From contig JAHLWH010000192.1 of NCBI GenBank assembly GCA_019058015.1, positions 302-64,301 on the forward strand: 64,000 nt of DNA, in the 5' to 3' direction. Positions 35,573-44,217 of this stretch are shown here, one piece after another. Under the pieces are notes generated by a model that had not been told where the DNA came from, ran no database searches, and saw only the letters and a program-made list of their open reading frames with translations. The stretch is from Promethearchaeota archaeon (GTDB lineage: Archaea; Asgardarchaeota; Lokiarchaeia; Sigyniarchaeales; SOKP01). The position numbers and the translations under genes are program-made. The number at the start of each line of letters is the position of its first letter. Position 1 is the stretch's first letter.

Positions 35573-37165
35573 ATGGAACCGATGGAAAAAAGGGAATTTT
35601 CCTTAGAAGAAAGAAAGATGTATGCTCGTCAGCAGCTCGTTGAAGGCTGGGATCAAGAGACTATAAAAAATAGTTGTGCTTTGATTATTGGAGTTGGTGC
35701 TCTCGGGTGCGAGATCGCTAAGGATTTAGCTTTAATGGGTATAGGGAAATTAATTTTAGTTGATATGGATAAAATTGAAACCTCAAATCTCTCAAGACAA
35801 ATGTTATTTCATGCAGGAGATGAGGGTAGAACAAAAGTTGAGGTTGCCGCAGAGCGTTTAAAATTGATGGCTCCGTTTCTCGAAGTTGAGTATTATTTTG
35901 ATAAATTACAAAATCTTCCAATGAAGGTGTATGAAGAATCGGATGTTATTGTTGCTGCATTAGATAATGTTAGGGCAAGAATGGATTTAAACAAGATTGC
36001 TTTAAGATTAAAAAAACCAATGGTTGAGGGTGGTACTGTAGGATTTGAGGGGCACGTTCAAAACATTATCCCAAAAGGCTCAAATATAAAATTCCATGAG
36101 AGAGAAAAAGTTATAGATGAAATAGTGCAAGAGAAATTATGGAATTTATCTGAAGAAGAATATACTGAATATTTTGCTGCTCAAGAAAGTATAGAAAAGC
36201 TTGAGGAGCGAATATCTCTATTAAAATCTCAATTTATCGAGCAGGTTGTTGAAAAAGTACGCCAGCAAGTTGGAAATGAGTTTGATGAAAAATATTCTGA
36301 AGATTATCTTGATCAAACAGCTTGTTATAGGTGTCTAGTTCCTATTCCACCACCTGATGATAAATTAATTGCAGCATGCACATTAAAAGGTATTCCGAGA
36401 AATAGAAATCATTGTGTTTTAAAAGCAGAGTTAAATTTTGAAAAGAAATATGGACGGATGCCAGATTTGGATAATGATGAGGATATATACAAATTAATGG
36501 AATTGGCTCAAGAGGAATTAGAATTATTACAAGAACGAGTTTTTAAAGAAAACGTCTCTGATGAGCAATTATCAACATTATCAGAAGAAGAAATGCAAAA
36601 GTGGAAGATTAATATTCGAGATACTTTCGGTCCAAATTATGTATTTGAAGATATGGAAAATATTTTAGGAAATAAAATCGCTGCGGTTCAGACTGTTAGT
36701 TCAATTATCGCAAGTATTCAATCCCAGGAGGCACTAAAATTAATATTTAGAGCAAAGGGAAGGGATATTGGTCCCCCCATGGATCCTCCTTATGTAAATT
36801 ATAGCGGAATTTATGGAATATTCGAGCAGGTTCCGGTGTTTAAACGAGAAGATTGTATTGATTGTGGGGATATTGAAGGAGAGGAAAATGTTAGTATTGT
36901 AGTTCCATTTAATTCAAAGGTTAAAGACATTTTTAGTGCATTGGATGTTTCTGGTTATAAATTAGATTCCGAAAAGTGGATGATCACGAATTCAATGAAT
37001 AAAGAGATTCTTTGGCATCCCTCAATTCCCACTTTTAAAGATCCTGAAGCTCTATTACAAAGCCTAAAAATAACGAGTAATGACGTTGTAACATTTACAC
37101 CTTTAAGTAACGATATTGGTGAATTAGAAATAAAAAAATATAATGTAATCGTTTCCTATTTGTAA
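35573..37165 (+). CDS. Ubiquitin-activating-enzyme (E1)-like protein, ThiF/MoeB/UBA family
   Basis: Adenylation domain: 'IIGVGALGCEIAKDLALMGIGKLILVDMDKIETSNLSRQMLF' and 'LDNVRARMDLN'. Zn-type Cys pairs: 'CYRC' and 'CIDC'. Eukaryote-type active-site context: 'AACTLKGIPRNRNHC' (Cys codon 36377-36379). There is also a ~90-aa C-terminal domain. Confidence 0.85.
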   Translation: MEPMEKREFSLEERKMYARQQLVEGWDQETIKNSCALIIGVGALGCEIAKDLALMGIGKLILVDMDKIETSNLSRQMLFHAGDEGRTKVEVAAERLKLMAPFLEVEYYFDKLQNLPMKVYEESDVIVAALDNVRARMDLNKIALRLKKPMVEGGTVGFEGHVQNIIPKGSNIKFHEREKVIDEIVQEKLWNLSEEEYTEYFAAQESIEKLEERISLLKSQFIEQVVEKVRQQVGNEFDEKYSEDYLDQTACYRCLVPIPPPDDKLIAACTLKGIPRNRNHCVLKAELNFEKKYGRMPDLDNDEDIYKLMELAQEELELLQERVFKENVSDEQLSTLSEEEMQKWKINIRDTFGPNYVFEDMENILGNKIAAVQTVSSIIASIQSQEALKLIFRAKGRDIGPPMDPPYVNYSGIYGIFEQVPVFKREDCIDCGDIEGEENVSIVVPFNSKVKDIFSALDVSGYKLDSEKWMITNSMNKEILWHPSIPTFKDPEALLQSLKITSNDVVTFTPLSNDIGELEIKKYNVIVSYL

Positions 37166-37174
37166 AACTTTCAA

Positions 37175-37804
37175 TTATACTTTATTTTTTACTTGTGCTT
37201 TCCTAATATTCGCAATGAATTTTTCAATAAAGTAAGTTTTTATTTTAGCATTTTTACCTGCTTCCATATCAAACTCAGAATCCCCTATATAAATAGCTTG
37301 TTCGTTAGAAATATTAAAATGTTTTAGAATTTTGTAAAGACCCTCGGGATCGGGTTTCCATTCAACAACATCTTCTCTTCCAACTATATATTGAAATTTT
37401 CCTAAGAGATTCTGTTTAGACAAAATAGAAAAAATTGTTGAGCGAAAGTTTAAAGAAAAGATTGCTAATTTAATATCTGAATTCAATCCCAACTTTTCTA
37501 AATTCTCGATAAAAAAAACGATTTCTTCAAAGAAGGTATATTCTTTTATATTATCTCTTTCAAATTTTTCAATAGTTCGAATATAAGATTCAATTAATTC
37601 GGGATCTCCTCTCGCTACAACTTTTTGTAAACCTAAAGTAATTCTACTAAATGTTTGTTCTTCTCCAAAATCATCCATATATTTATCACTAAGTAATTTA
37701 CGCAGAGCATCCCAATCAACATGTAATTTTACAAGAGTTCCATCAAAATCAAAAACTACTACTCGCAAATCTTTTGGAAAATCCAATAATTCACTTAGCA
37801 ACAT
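37175..37804 (-). CDS. HAD-superfamily phosphatase
   Basis: Motif I 'VVVFDFDGTLV' and motif IV 'GDSEFDMEAG'. Confidence 0.8.
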   Translation of the reverse strand: MLLSELLDFPKDLRVVVFDFDGTLVKLHVDWDALRKLLSDKYMDDFGEEQTFSRITLGLQKVVARGDPELIESYIRTIEKFERDNIKEYTFFEEIVFFIENLEKLGLNSDIKLAIFSLNFRSTIFSILSKQNLLGKFQYIVGREDVVEWKPDPEGLYKILKHFNISNEQAIYIGDSEFDMEAGKNAKIKTYFIEKFIANIRKAQVKNKV

Positions 37805-37911
37805 TAATTAATTTATTTTTATTTTTTATTCATTTATTATTATGGTGGATTAATTTTTGAAAGAAAAGAAAAGAAAAATGAAGTCTTTAAAGATATTTCT
37901 ATAAAAGATTT

Positions 37912-38421
37912 CTAATCCATGGCGTATTTTTTTGTCCAGCTCTCTGCTTTTTTATCAAATTTCGATTTTTGTCTAAAATATTGTTCTCCCGCTTCATGAT
38001 TTAAAGGATCGCCAGGATTAAAAAATGGTGGTTCCACATGCATCATTCCCTTCAATGCTTCGACAATATTTGTTAAAGTTTTAGAAGGAGTCCATCCTGA
38101 AGCTCCAGTAGAGGCATCAACCTTACCTACAAGATCGGGATTTATAAGATCAAGACAGATATTCAATTTTCCTGGCGGAATTGAAGAGTCGATATTAGGA
38201 TGCCACATTAAAGTATGGGCATAAACATATGGAGGTGCAAAAGGATAATTCTCAGGCATTTTTATCTCAAACAAGAATCTACCCCCACTATATGGAGTTG
38301 CTGGTTTTCCAATTATAGTAAGCCTTAAATGATCTATTGATCTTCCCCAAGGTTCGATAATTACAAAATTAATTTCTTTAAATGCCTCAATTGCTTCTGC
38401 ATAATCAGTTTCTTCTCTAAT
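37912..38421 (-). CDS. Ubiquitin-conjugating enzyme (E2, UBC fold)
   Basis: 'GKPATPYSGGRFLFEIKMPENYPFAPPYVYAHTLMWHPNIDSS...GKLNICLDLI' is the UBC HPN...C signature (Cys codon 38157-38155). The C-terminus 'AESWTKKYAMD' resembles UBE2D '...REWTQKYAM'. The track ORF (TTG at 38274) removes the first ~50 residues of the fold, and the frame is open up to 38424. Confidence 0.8.
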   Translation of the reverse strand: MREETDYAEAIEAFKEINFVIIEPWGRSIDHLRLTIIGKPATPYSGGRFLFEIKMPENYPFAPPYVYAHTLMWHPNIDSSIPPGKLNICLDLINPDLVGKVDASTGASGWTPSKTLTNIVEALKGMMHVEPPFFNPGDPLNHEAGEQYFRQKSKFDKKAESWTKKYAMD

Positions 38422-38664
38422 TTTTTACACCTTATAAGTTTAATTGTAGTCTCTATTTAAAATTATATTATAAAAATCATTATGTTAAGTATTTTTATTA
38501 TAATTGAGTATAGTTAAAACTTTATTTAATTATACATCTTGATTTTTATTAATAAATCTTTTTAATAGATTTTTAGTTTAGTTAATTTCTTTAATATTTA
38601 ATTTAATAGACCAATGAAATATTTTAAAGAATATATTTAATAAATAGCCTAGTATTATTACCAA

Positions 38665-39120
38665 TTGGTTATTATGGGAAAAGAATTACCTAAGAAACAT
38701 TTAAAGGAGAGAATTTTAAAATTTTTGAATAAGAGGAAGGTTTTAGTCTTATGCACATGCAATAATAATATTCCTCGCGCAACTCCGCTTGATTTTTACA
38801 ATGATGGATTAGACATATATATGACACCTGTAGGTGGAGCGAAAGTAGAAAATCTAAAAGCGAACCCTATAGCTAGTATAGGAATATATACTCCGCTTTC
38901 CGAAGGTGAGGTTCAAGGATTGCAAATAACATCAGCTAAAATAAAATTTATTTTTCCGGATGATGAGGATTATGAACATGCGAGAAAGATAGTTAAAAGG
39001 AAAGCAAAAATGTTTTTGAAGATAGTCCCTGAAAAAATCGATTATTTAGATTATTCCTTAAGTAAAGAGGGATTTTCAAGGTTTCAAGTTTTAGAATTGA
39101 ATAATAGTCAAAAAAAATGA
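38665..39120 (+). CDS. Pyridoxamine-5'-phosphate-oxidase-like FMN-binding split-barrel protein
   Basis: 'VLVLCTCNNNIPRATPLDFYNDGLDIYMTPVGGAKVENLKANPIASIGIY' fits the PNPOx-like pattern. The ATG at 38674 is the likelier start. Confidence 0.55.
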   Translation: MVIMGKELPKKHLKERILKFLNKRKVLVLCTCNNNIPRATPLDFYNDGLDIYMTPVGGAKVENLKANPIASIGIYTPLSEGEVQGLQITSAKIKFIFPDDEDYEHARKIVKRKAKMFLKIVPEKIDYLDYSLSKEGFSRFQVLELNNSQKK

Positions 39121-39219
39121 GCTTTGAATTATTATCTATAAATATTTTTTAAGCTAAGTTTTATTAAAGACTTATAAACTGACAAAAATTAAATATTTTA
39201 TAATTTTAAAAAAAGATTT

Positions 39220-40578
39220 GTGAAAAAAATGGTTACAAAAATAGTAGTCATTGGAATGGGATATGTTGGAATTCCAATGGCAGTACTTTTAGCGGACATT
39301 GAAGATTTTCAGGTTATAGGAATACAACGTCGCTCAGAAAGATCTGGTTGGAAAATTGATTGTCTTAATGCTGGAAAGAATCCATTCGAGGGTGAGGAGC
39401 CTGGGCTCGATGAATTGCTTGCCAGAGTGGTAAAGAATGGCAAATTTAGAGTTATTGATGATTATTCGGTTTGCAAGAATGCAGAGTATATTTTAATTGA
39501 TGTTCAAACTCCCGTAGATGCAAAAAAGATACCTCGCTATGAAGCTTTAAGAGAAGTTTCAGAAAATATATCGAAATATTTATCCAAAGGGACTACTATA
39601 ATAATTGAATCAACCGTGGCTCCTGGAACAACCAATAATTTAGTTAAACCAATTCTGGAAGAGGGGAGTGATTTAGAAAGGGGAAAAGATTTCTATCTGG
39701 TATTTTCATTTGAGAGACTTATGCCTGGAGCATTAATAGATTATATTGTAAATATGCCAAGGGTGATTGGTGGAGGTTGTGAAGAAGCAAATAAGCGAGC
39801 ATTAACATTATATAGTCGTGTGATAAAATCTGAACTTCATATTACAGATACATTGACTGCGGAATTAACTAAAGTTATAGAAAATACATATAGAGATATA
39901 AATATTGCATTTTCAAACGAAATGGCATTATTATGTGAAGATTTTAATCGAAATATTTTTGAAATTATCAATCTTATCAATATGAGAAAAGATAGAATGA
40001 TGCATATACCTGGTTCAGGCGTTGGAGGTCATTGTTTGACCAAAGATCCATGGTTATTAGTATATGGGCATGATAAATACACAGAAAAGAAGTATTGTAC
40101 TAAAATGGTGCCACTCTCGAGAAAAGTTAATGAATTTATGCCAGTTCATACAAGTGAGTTGCTTGACGAGGCTTTTATAGAAGCAGGAATAGATGAAAAC
40201 CCTTTTAAAATTGCAATTTTAGGGGTTGCATATAAAGGAGATTGTGATGATACCAGAAATACTCCAGTAGTATCGATTGTTGAAAAGGTTAAGCGTCTAT
40301 TTTCATATAATAAAATCGAAATCATTGCTCATGATCCATATGTTAAACCGATGGACTATAATACTTCAGAATTGACCAGAGATCTTGATAAAGCAGTTAT
40401 AGGTGCTGATGCAATAATTATCGCTACAGATCATAGTATGTATAAACATTTAGATTTAGCTGACATCAGAAAGAAAATGAGACATTCCGTAATTATTGAT
40501 GGTCGCAATATTCTTACTAAAAAAGAATGTCAAGAACTTGGGTTCATCTATAGAAAAGTCGGAGAAGGACCAAATTAA
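39220..40578 (+). CDS. Nucleotide-sugar dehydrogenase (UDP-ManNAc/UDP-glucose dehydrogenase family)
   Basis: 'KIVVIGMGYVGIPMAVLLA' (Rossmann fold) and 'GSGVGGHCLTKDP' (catalytic Cys region). Confidence 0.85.
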   Translation: MKKMVTKIVVIGMGYVGIPMAVLLADIEDFQVIGIQRRSERSGWKIDCLNAGKNPFEGEEPGLDELLARVVKNGKFRVIDDYSVCKNAEYILIDVQTPVDAKKIPRYEALREVSENISKYLSKGTTIIIESTVAPGTTNNLVKPILEEGSDLERGKDFYLVFSFERLMPGALIDYIVNMPRVIGGGCEEANKRALTLYSRVIKSELHITDTLTAELTKVIENTYRDINIAFSNEMALLCEDFNRNIFEIINLINMRKDRMMHIPGSGVGGHCLTKDPWLLVYGHDKYTEKKYCTKMVPLSRKVNEFMPVHTSELLDEAFIEAGIDENPFKIAILGVAYKGDCDDTRNTPVVSIVEKVKRLFSYNKIEIIAHDPYVKPMDYNTSELTRDLDKAVIGADAIIIATDHSMYKHLDLADIRKKMRHSVIIDGRNILTKKECQELGFIYRKVGEGPN

Positions 40579-40662
40579 TCCTAACTTCTCTTTTTAGAAA
40601 AACTAAAAAATAAATATTAATTACACATATTAATTGATATTTGTTGGAAAAAATTTAAACAA

Positions 40663-40794
40663 CCCCTGGTAGCTCAGTGGTAGTAGCGCACGGCTGTAGA
40701 TTTTTATCGCGTATTGAGAAAAGAATCAATGAAAATACGTCAGCTAAAGCGAATAGATACCGTGTGGTCGCTGGTTCAAATCCGGCCCAGGGGA
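40663..40794 (+). tRNA. tRNA-Tyr (anticodon GUA) with ~59-nt intron at the canonical 37/38 position
   Basis: My manual fold: acceptor CCCCTGG/CCAGGGG; D arm GCTC-AGTGGTAG-TAGC; anticodon stem CACGG/CCGTG with loop CT-GTA-GA; T arm GCTGG-TTCAAAT-CCGGC; discriminator A. The intron spans ~40700-40758. No CCA is encoded. Confidence 0.85.
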
Positions 40795-40832
40795 CTTTCT
40801 ACTTTTTTTTATTTTTAGAAAACTTAGAAAAT

Positions 40833-41309
40833 TTAAAGCTTCTCAGTTGATTTCTCCCATTTTTTAAATTCTGAGTCAAGTGTTGCAATAAAATCATCTG
40901 TTTTATCTACATCGAACTCTATTATATCTTTATCGATTTTAAAATTAAATTCCTCAGCCCAATCAAAAATAAAGTCCCATAGATCGCTTTCTTTCATTTT
41001 AAGAACCTCAGCCATCCGAGATACCTCCAATCGCCGTGATACTCTAACTATTGTTGCCAATTTTGCGAGCCGCTGTTGTTGCAGCTGCTCTTGTTGTTCT
41101 TCTTCCATGATGGGTTGTAATTTTTCTGGAACTGCTTTTATTTCTTTTTTAGTCGGTCTAAATTTATATAAGCTTATCGTAACAACAATATATCCGCACC
41201 AGGTGATTTGTATTGGAAACACATAGCTAAACCTTAAAAAAATTATTGTGATTATTAATAATATACATCCAAGTATCCCAAATACAATAGAACTATTTAC
41301 TTTTAACAA
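40833..41309 (-). CDS. Membrane-anchored protein with C-terminal PCI-like winged-helix domain (tentative)
   Basis: Two N-terminal TM helices are followed by 'VRVSRRLEVSRMAEVLKMKESDLWDFIFDWAEEFNFKIDKDIIEF'. This resembles the winged-helix end of PCI domains. Confidence 0.4.
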   Translation of the reverse strand: MLKVNSSIVFGILGCILLIITIIFLRFSYVFPIQITWCGYIVVTISLYKFRPTKKEIKAVPEKLQPIMEEEQQEQLQQQRLAKLATIVRVSRRLEVSRMAEVLKMKESDLWDFIFDWAEEFNFKIDKDIIEFDVDKTDDFIATLDSEFKKWEKSTEKL

Positions 41310-41704
41310 TTGTGCAAATAAAATTGAGAGAAAAATGAAAAGGGGGCTACTCCATAAAACACTGTTGGTATAAAAATTATAAGAAAGATTAAATAAATTA
41401 ATCCAATCTTGCGAAATATTCGTTTGTATTTTTCTTGAATAACCGAATGTATTGATGTATCCTTTAATTCCATCAATTTATATAAATATAAGTCAATTGT
41501 AACCAAATAAAAACCAACAAATAAAGGTAATAATACTATATCAGCAGAACCATGTAAAAAATCACCAATAATCAGGGGAATTCCAATACCAATACATCCA
41601 AGTGCCCCGGATACTATAGCTTTATTTACTTTTGTAAAGAAAGCAAATATAATTGAAAGAAAAATAAAAAAAAGACCTTGCCAGCCACCATAAACGAAAA
41701 GCAT
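41303..41704 (-). CDS. Small polytopic membrane protein, unknown function
   Basis: 133 aa, about 4 hydrophobic helices. It overlaps the downstream gene start by 7 nt. Confidence 0.5.
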   Translation of the reverse strand: MLFVYGGWQGLFFIFLSIIFAFFTKVNKAIVSGALGCIGIGIPLIIGDFLHGSADIVLLPLFVGFYLVTIDLYLYKLMELKDTSIHSVIQEKYKRIFRKIGLIYLIFLIIFIPTVFYGVAPFSFFSQFYLHNC

Positions 41705-42208
41705 ATATCCCCCTCCAGGTGGGATTGGTAAAAACGCGACTATTATAAAAAAAATAATAACGATTAAATGTTTTAATCAAATATTGCGAAACTTCTGTTT
41801 ATTTTTCGCATTATCCATTAATTTTTTCACTGAATAATTTAAATTATTAATTAATTCTTTCTATTCAATTATAATATTTGATTATATCAAATTTAATTTA
41901 TTCCAAATCTATATAAATATTTTTTAAATATTTATGTAGTGAACCATCTAGCGAATTAAGTGGAGTTGATTTTATTTTCTCTGTTATTAAAAATTAATAT
42001 TTCCAAAGGGAGGAAGGACGCCCTAATATTTCTAACAATATTTATATTGATCTTGCCCAATTCTTAGAAGTTAATGGAATTCTTATTTAATTTTAAGGAT
42101 TAAACTTTTTGTGAGTTAAATTTCTGCGTAAATTTTATTTTCTTTAATAATAATACTTTATAATAATTTGGATTTGCTAATCTAAAAAAAATAAATTAAG
42201 GAGCAAAC

Positions 42209-43141
42209 TTGCTAAAAAACAATGATAAGATTGATATAAACGATTTAGAAATCAATCCTTTATTACAACAGCTTAGGGAAAATCCTATTGCAGGGAATGG
42301 AGAAAATCATTATTTCACAAGTTTTGATGGGACAAAAATTTTTTATCGAGTTTGGAAGCCGATCATTAAGATAAATAAGATTATTATTATAAGTCATGGG
42401 ATGGGGGGACATGGAGAGTTTTTTGTGCTCTTGGCGGATAAAGTATTTAATGAAGGAATTATGGTTATCGCTCCAGATTACAGGAATCATGGTCATTCGG
42501 ATGGAAAAAAAGGAGATTTAAAGAGATTTAAGTATATTTTACAAGATCTTCATGAATTCATAAATTATATTTCTGAGCAATATCCAGATACGCCACTTTA
42601 TTTGTTGGGAGAAAGCATGGGTGGTGCAGTCAATATAAATTATGTAGCAGAATATCCTGAAAATTTAACTGGAATGATTTTATTTTCTCCGGCCGTGAAA
42701 ATTAAATTTTCACTAAAGAGAAGAATATTATTGATACTTATTGCGCTACCTTTACTAATTTTAAGAATTTTTGCACCAAGTTCAAGGATAATTGGCGCAA
42801 AAGGAAGGGAGGAAAACGGAATTAGGAACCCCATTCATCAACAATATGATAAAACGGATTCATATCATTTAGAAAAGATATCAATTCGATATTTATTTCA
42901 ACTTTTTAAATATATTAGAAAATCAACCTCAAAGGCTTCAAAAATAAATATTCCGAATGTTATTTTTCAGGGAACATTAGACATGGGAGTTTCTCCAGAA
43001 GCGGTATCTAAATTTTATGAAAAACTAAATTCAAATATGAAAGAATTATATTTAATTGAAGGAGGTTACCATTGTCTTTTTACAGATCCAAATTTTCGAG
43101 ATAAATGGCATTTATTAATTGGATGGCTAAAAAAACATTAG
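42209..43141 (+). CDS. Alpha/beta hydrolase (lysophospholipase/monoacylglycerol-lipase-like)
   Basis: 'SHGMGGHG', nucleophile elbow 'GESMGG', and C-terminal 'GGYHCLF' (His). Confidence 0.8.
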   Translation: MLKNNDKIDINDLEINPLLQQLRENPIAGNGENHYFTSFDGTKIFYRVWKPIIKINKIIIISHGMGGHGEFFVLLADKVFNEGIMVIAPDYRNHGHSDGKKGDLKRFKYILQDLHEFINYISEQYPDTPLYLLGESMGGAVNINYVAEYPENLTGMILFSPAVKIKFSLKRRILLILIALPLLILRIFAPSSRIIGAKGREENGIRNPIHQQYDKTDSYHLEKISIRYLFQLFKYIRKSTSKASKINIPNVIFQGTLDMGVSPEAVSKFYEKLNSNMKELYLIEGGYHCLFTDPNFRDKWHLLIGWLKKH

Positions 43142-43200
43142 CAAAGGATTATTTAATTATTTGTTATTTGATTATCTAAGATTAGAAGTTATAAAAAAAA

Positions 43201-44136
43201 TTGATTTTCGAAATGAAAGATAAAAGAACTGCAGTTGTTGGAGCGGGATGGTTTGGTCGAGCGCATATAAGGAATTATAATCAAGTTTCCAAATTGGTTG
43301 CTGTTTGTGATGCAAATAAAGAGAATTTAGAGCTTGTAAAAGGACTATATGATAATATTAACGTTTATACTAATGTAGATGATATGATTAAAAGTGAAGA
43401 TATAGATGCAGTTAGTGTAGTTACACCACCATCAAATATTCCAGCAATATCTAGGAAGTTTGCTGAGAAAGGTATAGATGTATTGATGGAGAAACCTATG
43501 GCATTAAAATTATCTGATTTAGAACAATTTAAAGAATTTACAAATTGCCGTATCATGCCCGGTTTTATTGAATTATATAACCCCGTTTTTGATAAACTAT
43601 TAGAGAATCTTCCAGAGATTGGCGAGATCATTACTATTACCTCAAAAAGGATAGGTCTTTATCCAAAAAGAGATTGGAATATAGGAGTTATTTTGGATTT
43701 ATCAATTCATGATATTTATTTGCAAGAGAGAATTCTAGGTGAAGTAAAAAATGCTATTGGAATGGTAAATCGGTTTGTTGATAACAAACATGAGGATGCA
43801 GCATTTATTTTATTAGATTTTGGAAAAGCAAAAGGTTCAATTGAATCTAATTGGTATACTCCAACAAAATTTCGAAGAATGTATGTTCATGGAGCTAAAG
43901 GAACTATTGAGATAAATTTTATATCTCAAACATTTAATTTTAGAAGAGGTTTGAATTTATTGGGAGACAACCCAGCGACTAAGGATGAGACATATTCTCC
44001 ATTAAAACTGGAAGAACCATTAAAGAGAGAAATCTTAAATTTCCTATATGATAAGGATAAAGATATTAAAGTAACTCTAGATGATGGAATACGAACTCTA
44101 AAGACTGCATTGGAAGTTATTGAGAAAGCAAAGTAA
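43201..44136 (+). CDS. Gfo/Idh/MocA-family NAD(P)-dependent oxidoreductase
   Basis: 'AVVGAGWFGRAHIRNY' and 'LMEKPMA'. The ATG at 43213 is the likelier start. Confidence 0.75.
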   Translation: MIFEMKDKRTAVVGAGWFGRAHIRNYNQVSKLVAVCDANKENLELVKGLYDNINVYTNVDDMIKSEDIDAVSVVTPPSNIPAISRKFAEKGIDVLMEKPMALKLSDLEQFKEFTNCRIMPGFIELYNPVFDKLLENLPEIGEIITITSKRIGLYPKRDWNIGVILDLSIHDIYLQERILGEVKNAIGMVNRFVDNKHEDAAFILLDFGKAKGSIESNWYTPTKFRRMYVHGAKGTIEINFISQTFNFRRGLNLLGDNPATKDETYSPLKLEEPLKREILNFLYDKDKDIKVTLDDGIRTLKTALEVIEKAK

Positions 44137-44217
44137 AAATGGAAAGATTAATTACCAATAAAGTATTGCATTAAATTAAGTCTTGATAAACTTTTAGCAG
44201 AACTAGTGAATTAGAAA

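Noticed and set aside
35465-39220. Search for ubiquitin/Ub-like, RING E3 or JAMM deubiquitinase genes next to E1 and E2
   Set aside because: No 70-100-aa ORF ending in Gly-Gly, no C3HC4-type Cys/His pattern and no JAMM 'HxHx7Sx2D' motif were seen in any ORF here. The intervening genes are a HAD phosphatase and a PNPOx-like protein.
40700-40758. C/D-box sRNA inside the tRNA-Tyr intron
   Set aside because: No RUGAUGA/CUGA box pair is present in the right arrangement, only a simple internal helix.
41705-41776. Hydrophobic in-frame extension upstream of the 41303-41704 membrane protein, as a further case of non-canonical initiation
   Set aside because: T-rich DNA translates to Ile/Phe/Val in many frames, so a TM-looking extension is weak evidence. 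The annotated ATG is adequate.
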